Source: Dimorphilus gyrociliatus (taxonomy: Eukaryota; Animalia; Annelida). Taken from it: DNA of 64,000 bases. Shown piece after piece: positions 13,891 through 26,898 of this stretch. The position numbers and the translations under genes are program-made. The stretch spans positions 1,356,916 through 1,420,915 of the forward strand of contig CAJFCJ010000020.1 of NCBI GenBank assembly GCA_904063045.1, given 5' to 3'. The first letter of the stretch is position 1, and each line of letters opens with the position of its first letter. The notes under the pieces are model-generated. The model was not told the DNA's origin and searched no databases. It was given only the letters and a program-made list of their open reading frames with translations.

Positions 13891-14692
13891 TTACTTGGTA
13901 GATGTTGAAAACAGAGCGAGTAGACCAGCGGTGGAACCAACTGAAAAAATATAATTAACGATTGGCGAGAAACTTCTCAAAACATAGAATGAAACAACAA
14001 CGATAAGAACAAGATAGAGCGCATTGTTGTAGAAAATGGAGAAGGTCGTTGCTTCATAGTCAGCAACTTCATTCTTCTTCCATAAAATACGTTCATCTTT
14101 TTCCTTCTTTGACATTTTCTTGTCATCTCCAATGCTTCTTAAAATTTCTCTAGATACACCATCTTCAATCTTTTGTGCAATCTTGTGTTTAAGAATGAAT
14201 TTCACGTTCTTGTAAGCGTATGCCACCAGACCAGTGCTAATAAGTACCATTACAATGAATAGTGCTGCGGAACTGATTGGATTCATTTGATGTATCCTCC
14301 AAAATAACCCTGTGTTTGAATAACAAAAATTAATTTTACCTGGTCTTTGACCTCTGGTTGGATAACTTAAACGTATACAAATATATAGGCCTGTAAATAT
14401 CAACGTAGCATCTTCTCTTTTAAACTCTGTGTTTCATTACTATTACTATTTATTAATCTATTTGAATGCATTAAATGTTTCAATAAAAATTGAATCTTTC
14501 TTTTGATATGAGAAAATGTTTTAGTAAACAAGTAAATAAAAAGGTTTACTTACAAGTTGGAATAACGGATACGATGAAAGCGTTTCCGTAGAAAAGCGCG
14601 CTAGACTTGGTCGAGACATTTCTGCTAAAGTCTTGCAACAGCAATTCCTCCTCCTTTGTTAGCTTAGCATCGGCTTTTCTAGCGTTTCCCAT
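13891..14692 (-). CDS. SSR3: Translocon-associated protein subunit gamma
   Basis: Exon 1 [30 protein letters not shown]; exon 2 (from 14309) LFWRIHQM...[16 protein letters not shown]; intron 14310-14553. Confidence 0.95.
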
Positions 14693-14989
14693 AATTTTTT
14701 TAGTGTCGATTTGTTACAGACTCCTGCTTCGTGGCACTCTGGCAATGTAGCGTGTATAACCGGAACCGGAAACTATATTTAAAATTCACAGATATTTTTT
14801 TCGTTTAATACATTTTTAAAAATACAGTATAATTAAAGAAAAATTATTTTGCTAATTTTTTATCTAATTACGAAAATTCTGCCGACAAAATTGTAGTATG
14901 GCACGATTCAAGATCTGTACATAGCAACAGTAGTCAACGGATTAGGGTACTTTTCTTTCGATTTCTATTTGAATATATGAATATTTATT

Positions 14990-16508
14990 ATGCCGCGAAC
15001 AACATCTGTACGACAAGGAAGAGGTAGAAATACAACAAGAAGAAACAATCCCGCTGTTTTCGATGGCGTATCAACGGAAGAAATGAGCCACAAACAACTT
15101 GAACAGTTAATCGGAAAACTTAAAGAAGAGGCAAGTAGTATTTTTTGTCAACTTTCTTAAAAGTTGTTAAAATTAATAATCATAACGTTTAAAGGTTGAT
15201 AGGGAGAGAGAAGAGAGAAATTATTTTCAATTGGAAAGAGATAAGGTAAACACATTCTGGGAAATCACAAAGAGGCAATTAGAGGAAAAAAAAGCGGAAT
15301 TGCGTAATAAAGATAGAGAAATGGAAGACGCGGAAGAACAATATCATATAGAAATAAAAGTTTACAAACAAAAAGTAAAGCACTTACTGTATGAGCACCA
15401 AAACAAAATAGCTGAATTGAAGGCCGAAAGTGCAGTTGCACTTAAGATCACTCAAGAAGAACATCGAAAGGAAGAATCCGACTTGAGAAAACTAAAAAGG
15501 AATCTAAGAGTTGAAATGAAAGAAGAAGAATTATCAAGAGAAAATTTAATTAGAAATGCACAATTGAATCATGATGAAGAAATAACAAATCTAAGAAGAA
15601 ACTATGAACAAAATGCTATAGATATAGAGAAGAAATATGAGAAGAAAATGAGACAAATAACAGAAGAATTAGAACTGAGAAGAAAGACAGAAATTCATGA
15701 AATTGAAGAAAGAAAGAATTCTCAGATCAATACGCTTATGAAGAATCACGAAAAGGCCTTCAGCGATATAAAGAATTATTATAATGACATTACTCTAAAT
15801 AATCTGGCCTTGATTAACACGCTAAAAGAACAAGTTGAAGAGATGAAAAAGAAAGAAGAACGGATGGAAAAGCATGTCGCAGAAGTTAACAGTGAAAATA
15901 AGAAATTAGTTGAACCTTTAAGACAAACTCGATTAGATTTAGAAGAACTCAAACATCAGCTATCCAACTATGAGAAAGACAAACTTTCTCTTGCATCTGC
16001 AAAAGCACGATTAAAAGTCTTAAAAGGAGAGCATAAAGAGTTGATCTGGGAGAGGGATATTCTTGAACAACGTTTCGAGAAAGTTCAAAAAGAGAGAGAT
16101 GACATTTATGAAAAATTTATTAAAGGAATTCAAGAAGTTCAACAAAAGAGTAACTTTAAAAACTTCCTGTTGGAGAAGAAATTAACTGCCTTAACTGAAA
16201 CTCTTGAAATGAAACAAGCTCAATTAAACGAAGTCCTTGCAGCCTCAAATCTTGATCCTACTGCCTTAACAAATGTATCAAAGAAGCTAGAAGATGTTCT
16301 TGATTCAAAAAATGTTGCTATTAAGGATCTTCAATTCGAACTTGCCCGAGTTTGCAAAGCTCATAATGACCTTTTGCGAACTTATGAGTCCAAATTATCT
16401 CAATTTGGTATACCAACGGAGGAATTGGGATTTAAACCTTTAGAAAGTGAAATTAATAAACAACAAATAGGTCTTGGAGCTGCCGGATTAGTGTCTGCCT
16501 CTACTTAA
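14990..16508 (+). CDS. GAS8: Dynein regulatory complex subunit 4 (GAS8)
   Basis: GVSTEEMS...KLKEE|[41 protein letters not shown] and [14 protein letters not shown]. One intron, 15131-15194 (GC-AG). Confidence 0.93.
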
Positions 16509-16819
16509 AATATACTTTCTATGATTGCCATACACTTTATTTTATATGATGCAAAAGCAGACAGTCAATGATTATCATTCTTTTTCTGCCAAAATGCAAA
16601 TCTACGCCATAAAATTGTGATTCAAGACTTGATTCTTTTATTTTATACGATCTTTGATGATTACCCTTTTTAGGGAACAATACATACCGTTTACACAATA
16701 TCAATGCTTTATCATAGAATGTTGTAAAAATCCTAGAATTGGTTTATTATACGAAACATTTATAATATTTGTTCAATTTCTATGTTTTATAGTTTTAAAA
16801 ACAAAAAACCATTCTCCCT

Positions 16820-18678
16820 CTAGTCATTTGCCAATTCAGTAGTCATTAGAGATCCAAAAAAGTAATGCTGAATAACTGGAAATTTAGCTAATACCTGTGT
16901 AAATGATAATTAAAAATTAGTAATAATTTTTATTTAGATAACTAAATAAAACAATAATAATAAAAAGCCCATTTAAAACAAATATAATAAAACTTAAGTA
17001 TTATATTAGGAAGGTCAATCTCTCCATAATCTACGCTGGATTTTTTATAGACACTTAGTGAAAAGTTTAACGCGGTCATGCTCTCTTTAATTGTTGTTTT
17101 ATTTGTTTATGACAGATTATTACCTCAGCTTTATACATCTTAAAAAGTCCATTATTAACCTTAGACCATAATTGAACTCCGCTTATATTCCATAATTGAT
17201 TAGAATGCTCGGCAAATGGGCCAGTTTTAACCTAGATAAGTGAATTAATAGCAACAGTAGCTTATTTTAAATTGAACCTACTCACAGAATTAATATATTG
17301 AATACATCTTAAAAACATATAGTCTTTCGAAAACGTATTTACAATATCTGCATCGGCAATTGACTTAGGTGAAAGTCTATGATTATCTAAAATGAAATAA
17401 AATTAAATTAACTAAATAAATCGTTGTATTATGAAAAAAAAATATTTACCAATAAATTGAGCGGATCCCCAAATAAACGGTATAAATTGATAATCATCTA
17501 AACTCCAAACTCCATGACTTCCAGCTGGTTCCATTTTATATACTTGCTGTAATTTTCGCATCAATTCCAGATATCTTGTTTTTTTTAAAAAATAATATTT
17601 AAAGATAATAATTCATTTAGTTATAATATTATAAAATATACTTTTCGAAAACGGCAAACGAACAGGCAACATAGTCTTTCTCATTGAGAAGCCCAATTTT
17701 GAAAAGGCAGCATAAAAAGGTAACAAAAGCCATTTCATGACCTAAAGATGTAAGTTTATGTTAGTTGAAAGGTTTCTCCTGGATACAATTATTTTAGTTT
17801 ACCTGTCCCGTAATCTATTCGAATATCATTACCAAAAGATTCTATAAAATACAGGCTAATTTCTTCAATAGCGGGTTCAAACTTAGCGTCTAGACGCTCT
17901 CTTAGCAAGCTCTCCGTTTGCTAAAGTAGTTTTGATTATAAAGTATTAAAAATATATTAATTCTAATAAATTCGTTACCTGTTTTAATCGATCAAACCAA
18001 ATTCTGAAAGCCTTATTTCCGAACCTCTGAGGTTGTTCAATTGGCGGGACTTCATCTATCCAAACACTTAGGGTATCCAGTAGAGTGAGAAGTTTTTCTA
18101 TATTCTAAAACATTCAATTGATAAAAAGTATTTTTCTATGAATATTTATCTGTGTTTTTCCTTAATTTACCTCAGATTTGTAATATTCTTCTGACATTTT
18201 CTTATTTTTAACAGCTTCGTTGATAACCCTTATAAATCCCAAAAGATCTCTATACGCCTAGAAAAATTAATATTATTAAACATTCCGCTAATAGGACAAA
18301 AATTTAACCTTATGAAATCTAAATTAATTCAGTATTTACGAAGTTCGATCTATGCCGAATCATAAATTTTCTATTCAAATATCATAAACTTACAACTGAC
18401 TTTTCCCAAACATGTTTTATATCATCGATCGAAGTAATTTGTTTAGTAGGTTTCTTAAAATTATGATTTTGGAGATCAACAGGCTCGAGCTTGGCCGTTG
18501 GAAGAGCTGGAAAAATACTTTTATAAATAATGTTCAGTGAGAACCGCGCGAAAAGAATATAGATTAGATATTTTAAACAAGAGTACACTGAATTAACGAA
18601 AATAACACATATATTATATTATTACTAACACTCCTCCCTAGTGGGCGGCCCTCTTCTTTGTGGAAGATTTATCTGCAT
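16820..18678 (-). CDS. PTPA: Serine/threonine-protein phosphatase 2A activator; multi-exon
   Basis: Manual translation gives [57 protein letters not shown] and [13 protein letters not shown]. The first exon and start (18678) are uncertain. Confidence 0.9.
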
Positions 18679-19028
18679 TTGAATTGATGTAATAAGAAGG
18701 CAACAAATTATACAACTCCGAACGGGTACCGCTAAAAGTTTGAAAGTAGAAAGTTGAATTTAAAAAATAAAGCTTAAAATAAAATTTTAATAGTAGGTAA
18801 GTTAGAATAAATATTAAGTAGTTGCTACAAATTTTTAAATCTTGTTAAGGCTATTCAATATCTAATTTAGACTATTTCTATGATAACTCCTAACTTCTTT
18901 TAGATATATCAGTTTCTAGTAAGTTTCCGGTTCCGATTTCTAGAAATTTCACGATACTCCTAGTGTGAAGCGCATACTTTCTTTAGTATACGTTAACGAC
19001 GTTTGTCTAAATTGTTTTGCTCCTAGCT

Positions 19029-20108
19029 ATGGCCAAGTGGGGAGAAGGTGATCCACGATGGATTGTAGAAGAAAGAGCTGATGCTAAAAATGTAAATAAT
19101 TGGCACTGGACAGAGAAGAACGCTACATCTTGGTCTCAAACTAAGATTAAGGAACTCCTAGAAAATCTGGAGATTCAAGAAGGGCCATTTAAATGTGTTG
19201 TTACCGAAATCAAATCTGTTGAGGGCGAAGCTGTTGTTAATAATCGAAAGGCTAGGTTAATCTTCTTCTACGAATGGGTTATTAAGTGCTCGTGGAAGGG
19301 CTCACGAGGCGATGGGGATTTAGTTAAAGGAAAATTTGATGTTCTCAACCTTTCGGATGAATATACAGACATAAATGATATTGACATAAATGTTAGTATC
19401 GACGACGAGAAAATTAAAGATGCTTGGGATGTTAAAGAATTTATGAGACATTCCGGAACTGTGAAAGTTAGAGAACAATTAGCAAAATACCTTCAACAGT
19501 TGAAAGAACAGTACAGTGAAGGTTTGATTTTACCCACAAAAAATTCATCAACTAATACAAGCGCAAAAAAGACAACTAACGAGTACAAAAATGAAATTAA
19601 CAAACCCATCGTGAGTTCAGATTCTGATGTTGGCATTAAGATTCCCTGTCAGAGAGTATCGTCTACCGAATTTTTCAAATGCGAAGCTTGTGAGCTATAT
19701 AGTGTTTTAACTGATCAGGGTAAAAGCTCCATGTTCACCAGATCTAAGGCTATTTTAGAGGCTGAAAAAGGAGGAAAGTTTGCACTATTTGACGGTAATG
19801 TCCAAGGAGAGTTTACAGATTTGGTGAGTCACTACCAATTGAAACAAAATTATTCTTATTGAATTGAGTTCTTTTGATAGGTCTTAAACGAGAAAATAGT
19901 GATGAAGTGGCGTTTCCAGTCTTGGCCAGACGCTCACTATTCGACAGTTTCTATCTACTTAAAACAAAAGGATGATGGAACCGAACTACAATTGACTCAA
20001 ACTGGTGTACCAAAGGAAGACTATGAGAGAACAGTTGATGGATGGAAAAATTATTATTGGCGTCCAATAATGCAAGCCTTCGGATTTGGAGCAGGAATAT
20101 ATGGCTGA
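19029..20108 (+). CDS. AHSA1: Activator of Hsp90 ATPase 1 (Aha1)
   Basis: MAKWGEGDPRWIVEERADAKNVNNWHWTEKN N-terminus and C-terminal START-like domain (MKWRFQSWP, GWKNYYW). One intron, about 19827-19881. Confidence 0.95.
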
Positions 20109-20315
20109 AACAGTTAATACGTAGGAAATTTTTCAGAATAAATTCATTCAGCTTTTTTTGTCATGTTTTCATGTTTATTGTCATAGAGAATTTGTATTTT
20201 CGTTAATTTTTTTCATTTTTAAATGAATAAACTAAACCATTTTTGTTTATTTACAGTCTTAATTAACAAGTTATTTTTGCTTCAACTTTAGTCATCAAAA
20301 TCTTAAACCTATCCT

Positions 20316-22471
20316 TTAGATATATGTCACATCGTTTTCCTTGGAATTGTCAGCACCATTAATGTTATCATAAATGTTATTATTAGGTTCAAATGCTGGG
20401 TTTTCAATCCCCGAAGTACTGTCTACTACTGCAGGTGTATCTGCCTCTGTAGGTACATCAACCTCTGCAGTATTCTTCTTACAGGAAAACAGTGCTCTAA
20501 ACCTTTTGAAAATATTATAATATTAGTATAAAAAGTTAAATTGCATTTCACATGATTTCAATACTTTCTTGAAGCCTCTTTGGCGTTTTCTTTTTCCTCC
20601 TTACTCAAAGTTAAAGTCCATGCATTTATTTCTTCTATGGTATTTGGCAATGGTCTACCCAAGGTTTCCGGTTCTAGTAGAGATAAAAATGCAGCAATGA
20701 ACGAAACACCCGCAAAAACAAGTCCAGGGACTATTGGATATTTTCTATATCTGTTAAAAGATATACAGAAAATTACGATAATTGTAAATAGTAATAACAG
20801 ATTCATTTACAAATAGACAGAATATGGAGCCATAATGCTGCCCATGAAACCACATCCAACTGTAATACCAGTTCCTGTTCCTCTTAAACTTGTTGGATAG
20901 ATTTCCAAAGAGTAAATAAGTTCAATGGTGAAGGCACCAGAGATACCAAATTTGGCGATTAAAGCCATACTTGTCATTAAATCTTCATTCAATTCTCCAT
21001 TAACTAAAAATAATTATATTTAATCAAAATTTTGCTCGTATTTTCATGATTTATTATAAGAAAGGACCTTACTTTTAACTGTTGTGAAAACTGATGATAA
21101 AATCAAGAATACCGCGGCAAAAAGATTAAAAAAGACCAAAGGATATCTTCTTCCAATAAGTGTCATGGCAATTATTGCTACAACTGTACCTGGTATCTCC
21201 AATAGTGAAACAATAAAAAAATTCATATATTTATCTCCTGACAGTGATGTTGTCATTAAAGATAATCCATAGTAGGCAATGTTAGATGCGAATCTATATA
21301 TATATATTCATGTATATTTTTTATTATTGCAATAATGAAAAGAAAGACTTACACAAGAAAAATCATGATCAGTACATATCTTCTAGGTCGGGGGTTAGTG
21401 AACATTTGCTTAAATTTAACGGACTCTGAAAGAGTTAGAACTTCTTTTTCATCATCCAAAAGCTCCTCTTTAAATACCTTTTTATTCCATCTGGCTCCTT
21501 TCCTCAGAATATCTTTAACTTCATCTAATCGATTGTTAACAATTAAAAATCTCATCGACTCTGGGCAGAGTGGAAATGTTAATAAGCTTAGGAAACCGAT
21601 ACAGCTTATTAAAAATTGTAGATCTCGCCAATGCCTAAATAGATGTGCCCATAAGGATAGGGTACAAGTTCCAATAGTAAAAAAAAGATAGCTTCCCGGA
21701 GCCATGATATTTCTGAATTCGGACGGAAATAGTTCAGTAGAAATTACAAGACCAGACATATAAAGACCAGCAGCCGCTGCTCCAGTAAGAAATTGCATTA
21801 CGCAAAATACATAATAATTTGGAGCGAATGACATAGATAAACCGAATAAGTTCATGATTAGAGCGCAAAAATAGAAGATCCTTTTTCTACCAAAAGTATC
21901 TTGTAACGGCGTAAATATGAGAAAACCAGAAACGACGCCAACATTGAATACTGTCTGAGAAGTTTCCACCCAAGTGTCCTTATCACAAACCAAATCCCAC
22001 TGAAAATAAGATTATATCATTATGTTATCATTTTTATTAATTTATTTCCAAAACGAACGGCCATGGCGATGGTTCCTCCATTTTCATCGAAACCGTCATC
22101 CACATATTTCCATTTCGAACAATCGGTCAAGGCTGATTTATTATTTCCCGCTTCTGAAAACCTTTTGCATTGGGCATATGTAAGCGTTCCAAAATCATCG
22201 AGCTCTTTGGGACTCCACTGGTCTTGGGTAAAGCCTTCATCCGCCTTACAAAAATGCGGATTTATATAACCTATAAAAACAATTGCAAAAAGTTGCCACA
22301 TTGCTGGTGGCCCAAAAGATAGCCCAACAAGCACTATAGCAGAAAAAGGGAAAAAGATAAAGAAGATATCAATCGGATCTTTAATAATAAGAAAAAAATG
22401 TAATTACTGTAGACTATAACTTGCCATCTTCCAAAAGAAGAAATAGATTTGAGTGCTTCATCCAAACCCAT
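20316..22471 (-). CDS. SLC22 organic cation transporter-like MFS protein; multi-exon
   Basis: EWDLVCDK, DTFGRK, TELFPSEFR, PESMRFL, EIYPTSLRGTG and LEPETLGRPLP motifs. Confidence 0.9.
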
Positions 22472-23003
22472 TTTTCTTCCGATTTCTACAGTGATCCTAC
22501 CGATATATGCCTTTTGAACGATGGAAGAAATGTGAATGAGGCAGAAGACTAACGATCTGCCATTTAAATCAAGTTTAAATAAATCACTTAAAATTTTATG
22601 GTGTAGTAAAATATAAATTTGATAAGAAAAATAATTAAATTGTGACCTACTTAATGAACCGAAAATTGTATAAATAAAATTTTGAATTACTTAAAAAAGT
22701 AATATCTATTGAATTATTTTTATTGCGTTGATCTATTTAAAGAATGTTATTTTACATTAAATTGCTTTTACTATATATATATATATATACTGTATATATT
22801 CCATATAAATGATAAGCGATTATTTATATATAGATATATATTTATTCCAATATGCAAATACATTCATTGCATAGTTTTAAATACTTCAATATTATATATA
22901 CTGTATATTATGTGAAAATGATTTGGATAGTAAAAGTAACCTACATATTGAGAGGAGTACTTGACACAAAATATCTATTTAAAACTTTCAATTATTCGAA
23001 GGA

Positions 23004-24335
23004 TTATTGCTCTCCTAATATTATCTGTACGGCTAATTCCAAATTGCCTTGTGTAGCTTCAAGGGTATGTCTAGCTAAATCTTCATCTGGTGTTATACCC
23101 ATATCAAGTATTTGACGCACTTGAGCTTCTCTCAGAGGATCTCTATTTGGGGCTTGAAGTGGATTTTGATTCTGTTGAGCTGGTGTTGATGACAATACGC
23201 CACTTAGAACCTGTTGCATTGCATCTTGGAAGAAAGTATGCGAAATTGCGGATGTTGATGTTGAGGCCTGGCTGTTTTGAGCGGAGCTATCGCTGGATTG
23301 TAAAGCTGCTTCTAATAATGCCCTTGAAACGTGATCGGCGTTAAATGGATTTCTAGCAGCAGCTTCTGCGTCCTCATCCTCTGATTCTTCAGATAATGCA
23401 TCAATAGAGTAATTTGTCGGACGTTTTGCATTAGTAGCAGTTGATGTGTTTGTCTTATCTTGAGATTCTATCAAGAGAAGAACATCAGCCAAAATGGGAT
23501 GCTTTTCCAAAACTCTGAATTTAAAAATTGACTCAATGTTATATATTTTTCTTCTATATTTATTGCTTTAGTTTACCTTTTGCAAAGTTCCGGTTCTCTT
23601 AGCATCTTTAGCATATTCGAATTTCTCAGATAATCTATAACGAACGAAAATAGTAAGATATGCTTTAATGATATTCTTTATTGCACGATAATCAACCTAA
23701 TGCAATTGGATCGTCTTGAATTTTAGGATATTTTGAATAAATTAAATTCCAAGTAGAACTTTTTGCTAATGAACTTGTTATCTAAAATAAATAGAATAGA
23801 ACATTTATACTAATACGAAAATTAGAGTATTGAAGTGTTTTTTCTTACTGAATTAAGCCTTCTGGAAGATTGAATAGCTCGTGGAAACACTTTTGTGCAG
23901 TTTGACACTGAATTGTTACCACTTGAAGTTTGATCATCTGAAAAATAAAGAGTTAAGAATATTTAATTATTGACACAGTCAACAAAATTTATTCTTTTGT
24001 TTGTTCCTTACCATTAGTAGAAGGTGGTGATAAAAAATAAATTGTCGACCCATTCACTACTCCGTATTCATTCAAACTTTTATCCTTATTATTCAATAGT
24101 CTACCCGAAAACATCACTAATTCTGCTGTAATAGGGGACAGATAGATATCGTGATGATGCAGAAATTTAGAGTTAAATTAAAATTACCTGAAATACCATT
24201 TCGAGTCTTATTTTTTTCTTGAAAATCGTTTAGAAATTTCCCAAGAGAATCATTGAGATTAACATCGTCTAATTTAAGTAGGGGACAAAGTCCTTCTTCT
24301 GTATTTTTAAATCTTACATTTACTATAGCAGACAT
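23004..24335 (-). CDS. UBL7: Ubiquitin-like protein 7 (N-terminal UBL, C-terminal UBA); multi-exon
   Basis: UBL exon (LVFSGRLL...LNEYGVVNGSTIY) and C-terminal UBA (QILDMGIT...LEATQGNLELAVQIIL). Confidence 0.75.
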
Positions 24336-24364
24336 GTTTACGTGTAGTATAGAGAAAATAAAGT

Positions 24365-24374
24365 AGATGGCGTT
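24365..24374 (+). promoter_or_regulatory. AGATGGCGTT motif (CTCF/YY1-like core) in the UBL7-calaxin divergent promoter
   Basis: Exact 10-mer also at 40682-40691 (reverse) and 43631-43640. Confidence 0.5.
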
Positions 24375-24611
24375 GCAACCAATCGATTGCTGATTGGTTA
24401 GTTGCTTGGAGTATTAAAGCTTGAAAGCACAGTACATTTAGAGAAATATGCACAAACAATGTTCTCACTACATTAATAACGTATCAATTATTTGATAGGT
24501 ACTAAACCTGTTTAGACTAAGGTGCTGTTCTTTCAGCCATTAAACAGGTAGTCTTACAGCTGAACACTGTGACATCATCTTTATTAAAATTTTTAAATAA
24601 AAAAATAACAA

Positions 24612-25746
24612 ATGTTGTTTTCATTTTCGGGAAAGCTTTTGCCGAAAAACACTAAGAATGATAAGGGAACTAATTCGAAATTAAGGGTTTGACCTAGTTT
24701 ATCATTATGCTAATTTGAGAAATATTGAAATAAGAAATGCATAATTTCGTATTAATTTATTTAGACATCAATTTTGATTGGAAAGAAATCATTTACAAAT
24801 AATGAAGGAACAGAAATACCAAGATTACTATTGAGAAGAGATTCCAATATACAAACACCTCTAGAACCCCCTATTCGAAAATATATACATTCTAGAATAA
24901 CAAAGAAAAGACTTGACAAACTACTAGTAACAAACTTAAAAAATGAAACAAAGTTTACAATTGATGAGATTAAAGTAATAATAGACCAATACGAACATAT
25001 AAGAAAATGGAATAGGAACATAGATAAAAATAGATGGTCAATTGTTGAAAAGAAATCATGGAAAAGATGACAAGAGTCTCTTAATTTTTTTCTCCTTTAT
25101 TAAATATTGTCTATTTTTATCTGTGTTTTAAACTAATAGAAACGCTTTTGATAGGATAGCTTTTCGCCAATTTTGCTTTAGCTACCTTCAAATGACCGAC
25201 GACTTTATTATCGATCGTCTATTTAGAGTTATTGATATTCGTTATGATTTGGATTTATCCGAAAGGGAATTTATTAAAGGTTTACATATACTACTACGAG
25301 GAACTTTTGATCAACAGATGAATTTTTGTTACAAAGTTTACGATCTTTCAGGAATTAAAATGATAAGAAGAGAAGAAATTTATCAACTATTAAAAGGTAA
25401 AGATAAATCTATTGTCGTACTAACCATTGATATTTAATTAAAAAAGACATTCAAACTAATTACATATTTATCTCTAACTTTATGGAAGGTAGGCTGTATG
25501 AACGCTTGCCAAGAAGAGGACATCCACCCGCAAGAAGCGGTAAGGGATTTAGTAGATATAATATTAAAAATGCTAGATATAGACAAAGATGGCATAATCT
25601 CAATAGAAGACTTTCGTAAAGCCTGTCAACAGAATAAACTTTTAATGGAATCATTAGGTTTTTGCCTTGTAGCCGATAGAGAAAAGTTGGCCTATGATAG
25701 GATTCTTCGAATGCAAATACCCAAAGAAATATCAAAGATTAACTAA
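24612..25746 (+). CDS. Calaxin/EFCAB1-like EF-hand protein; multi-exon
   Basis: MTDDFIIDRLFRVID, CYKVYDL, DLVDIILKMLDIDKDGIISIEDF...LLMESLGFCL. The start exon (24612) and the junction near 25037-25155 are uncertain. Confidence 0.75.
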
Positions 25747-26898
25747 TAACTTTTATACCATACAGAATCATAACTTTTGATACTCCAATGTTATCTCTGT
25801 AAAAACTCTTCAGTAATAAAACCAGAAATGATTAATGTTTATATCTTGGCTTCAATCTTTATCATAATAAATTTATTGTTAGAGTGTTAACAAGATTAAG
25901 GAATCGGTTAAAAATAAATTAGTTCGGGTCTAAACTAAATATCTAAAAAAAATCATATAAATGTACATATTAGGCATAGAAATTACAATAAATTGTATAT
26001 CTCGTAGATATTCAATAGAAATAGCCTATTAAGTAAACGTAGGGGGCTAAAAATGGTATGACTAAATAATTCCATTGTTAATAAATGAAAGTATCAAGGA
26101 TAGATAGAGGTTGAAAAAAAAACTACACATATTTTCATTCGCAACCGTTACCTAGTGAAATAACATCGTTAAATAAACTTTTATTCTTTATACATAGACC
26201 TAATTGAATTCGCATACATAAGTATTCAGCAATGAAAATATTTTAACAAACTATATTGCGTTAAGCGTCTAAATATATATACAGGAGAACCCATCTATTT
26301 ATAGTATCATTTTAAAAAAATATCTCTCTTCGTCACACCATCTTAATCATCATCATCTCTTATTATTATTCTTTGATCTTGCATGGAATGAAAGCTTTTA
26401 TTATATCAAAAATTTCTTCTCATATAAACCCATAAAATAATAATAATAGTTAAAATAAAACGGTTGACCCCTACGACACGATACCACACAACACTAAATA
26501 GCATGTGTTCTCTGTCACAATCAACTTATCTATGAGTACGGTCATTTAAGATGATTCGTGACGATAAAGCTTAGACATTGAAATAGCATTAGAATGCTAT
26601 TAGTAATTGAGAGATTTATTAAAGTTGTTAATTTTAATATCATCCAGGATCCGTTTTTGGCACGTAAAAGCTATCTAGCATTATCACTAAATTATCTTGT
26701 ATTAAGTCTTTAAGTTTATTAATAATTGAAACGTTAGTTAGTATAAACGTTTTATTTTCGTTTTATATTTGATTAGTCTTCAATATTAACAACAATTACT
26801 AATCGTAAATAGTCAACAATTTGTTTGCAGTTGTATATTGGTAGTATCTATAGCAGCGGCCTTCTCATTGGTTCGTATGGTTGCAGTTGAATTCCAAA

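Noticed and set aside
14340-14390. 51-nt in-frame cassette exon candidate in the SSR3 intron (AG|...|GTAAAA)
   Set aside because: The downstream intron would be only 30 nt, shorter than other introns seen here, and the insert would break the conserved IPxWLFW segment.
16851-16866. Suspected homopolymer frameshift in the last PTPA exon
   Set aside because: A recount shows six Ts on the coding strand, giving an intact HYFFGSL.
25037-25154. Apparent in-frame TGA created at a calaxin-like junction (readthrough or selenocysteine idea)
   Set aside because: The alternative acceptor at 25154 gives TGG. The junction is simply unresolved, and no SECIS evidence was seen.
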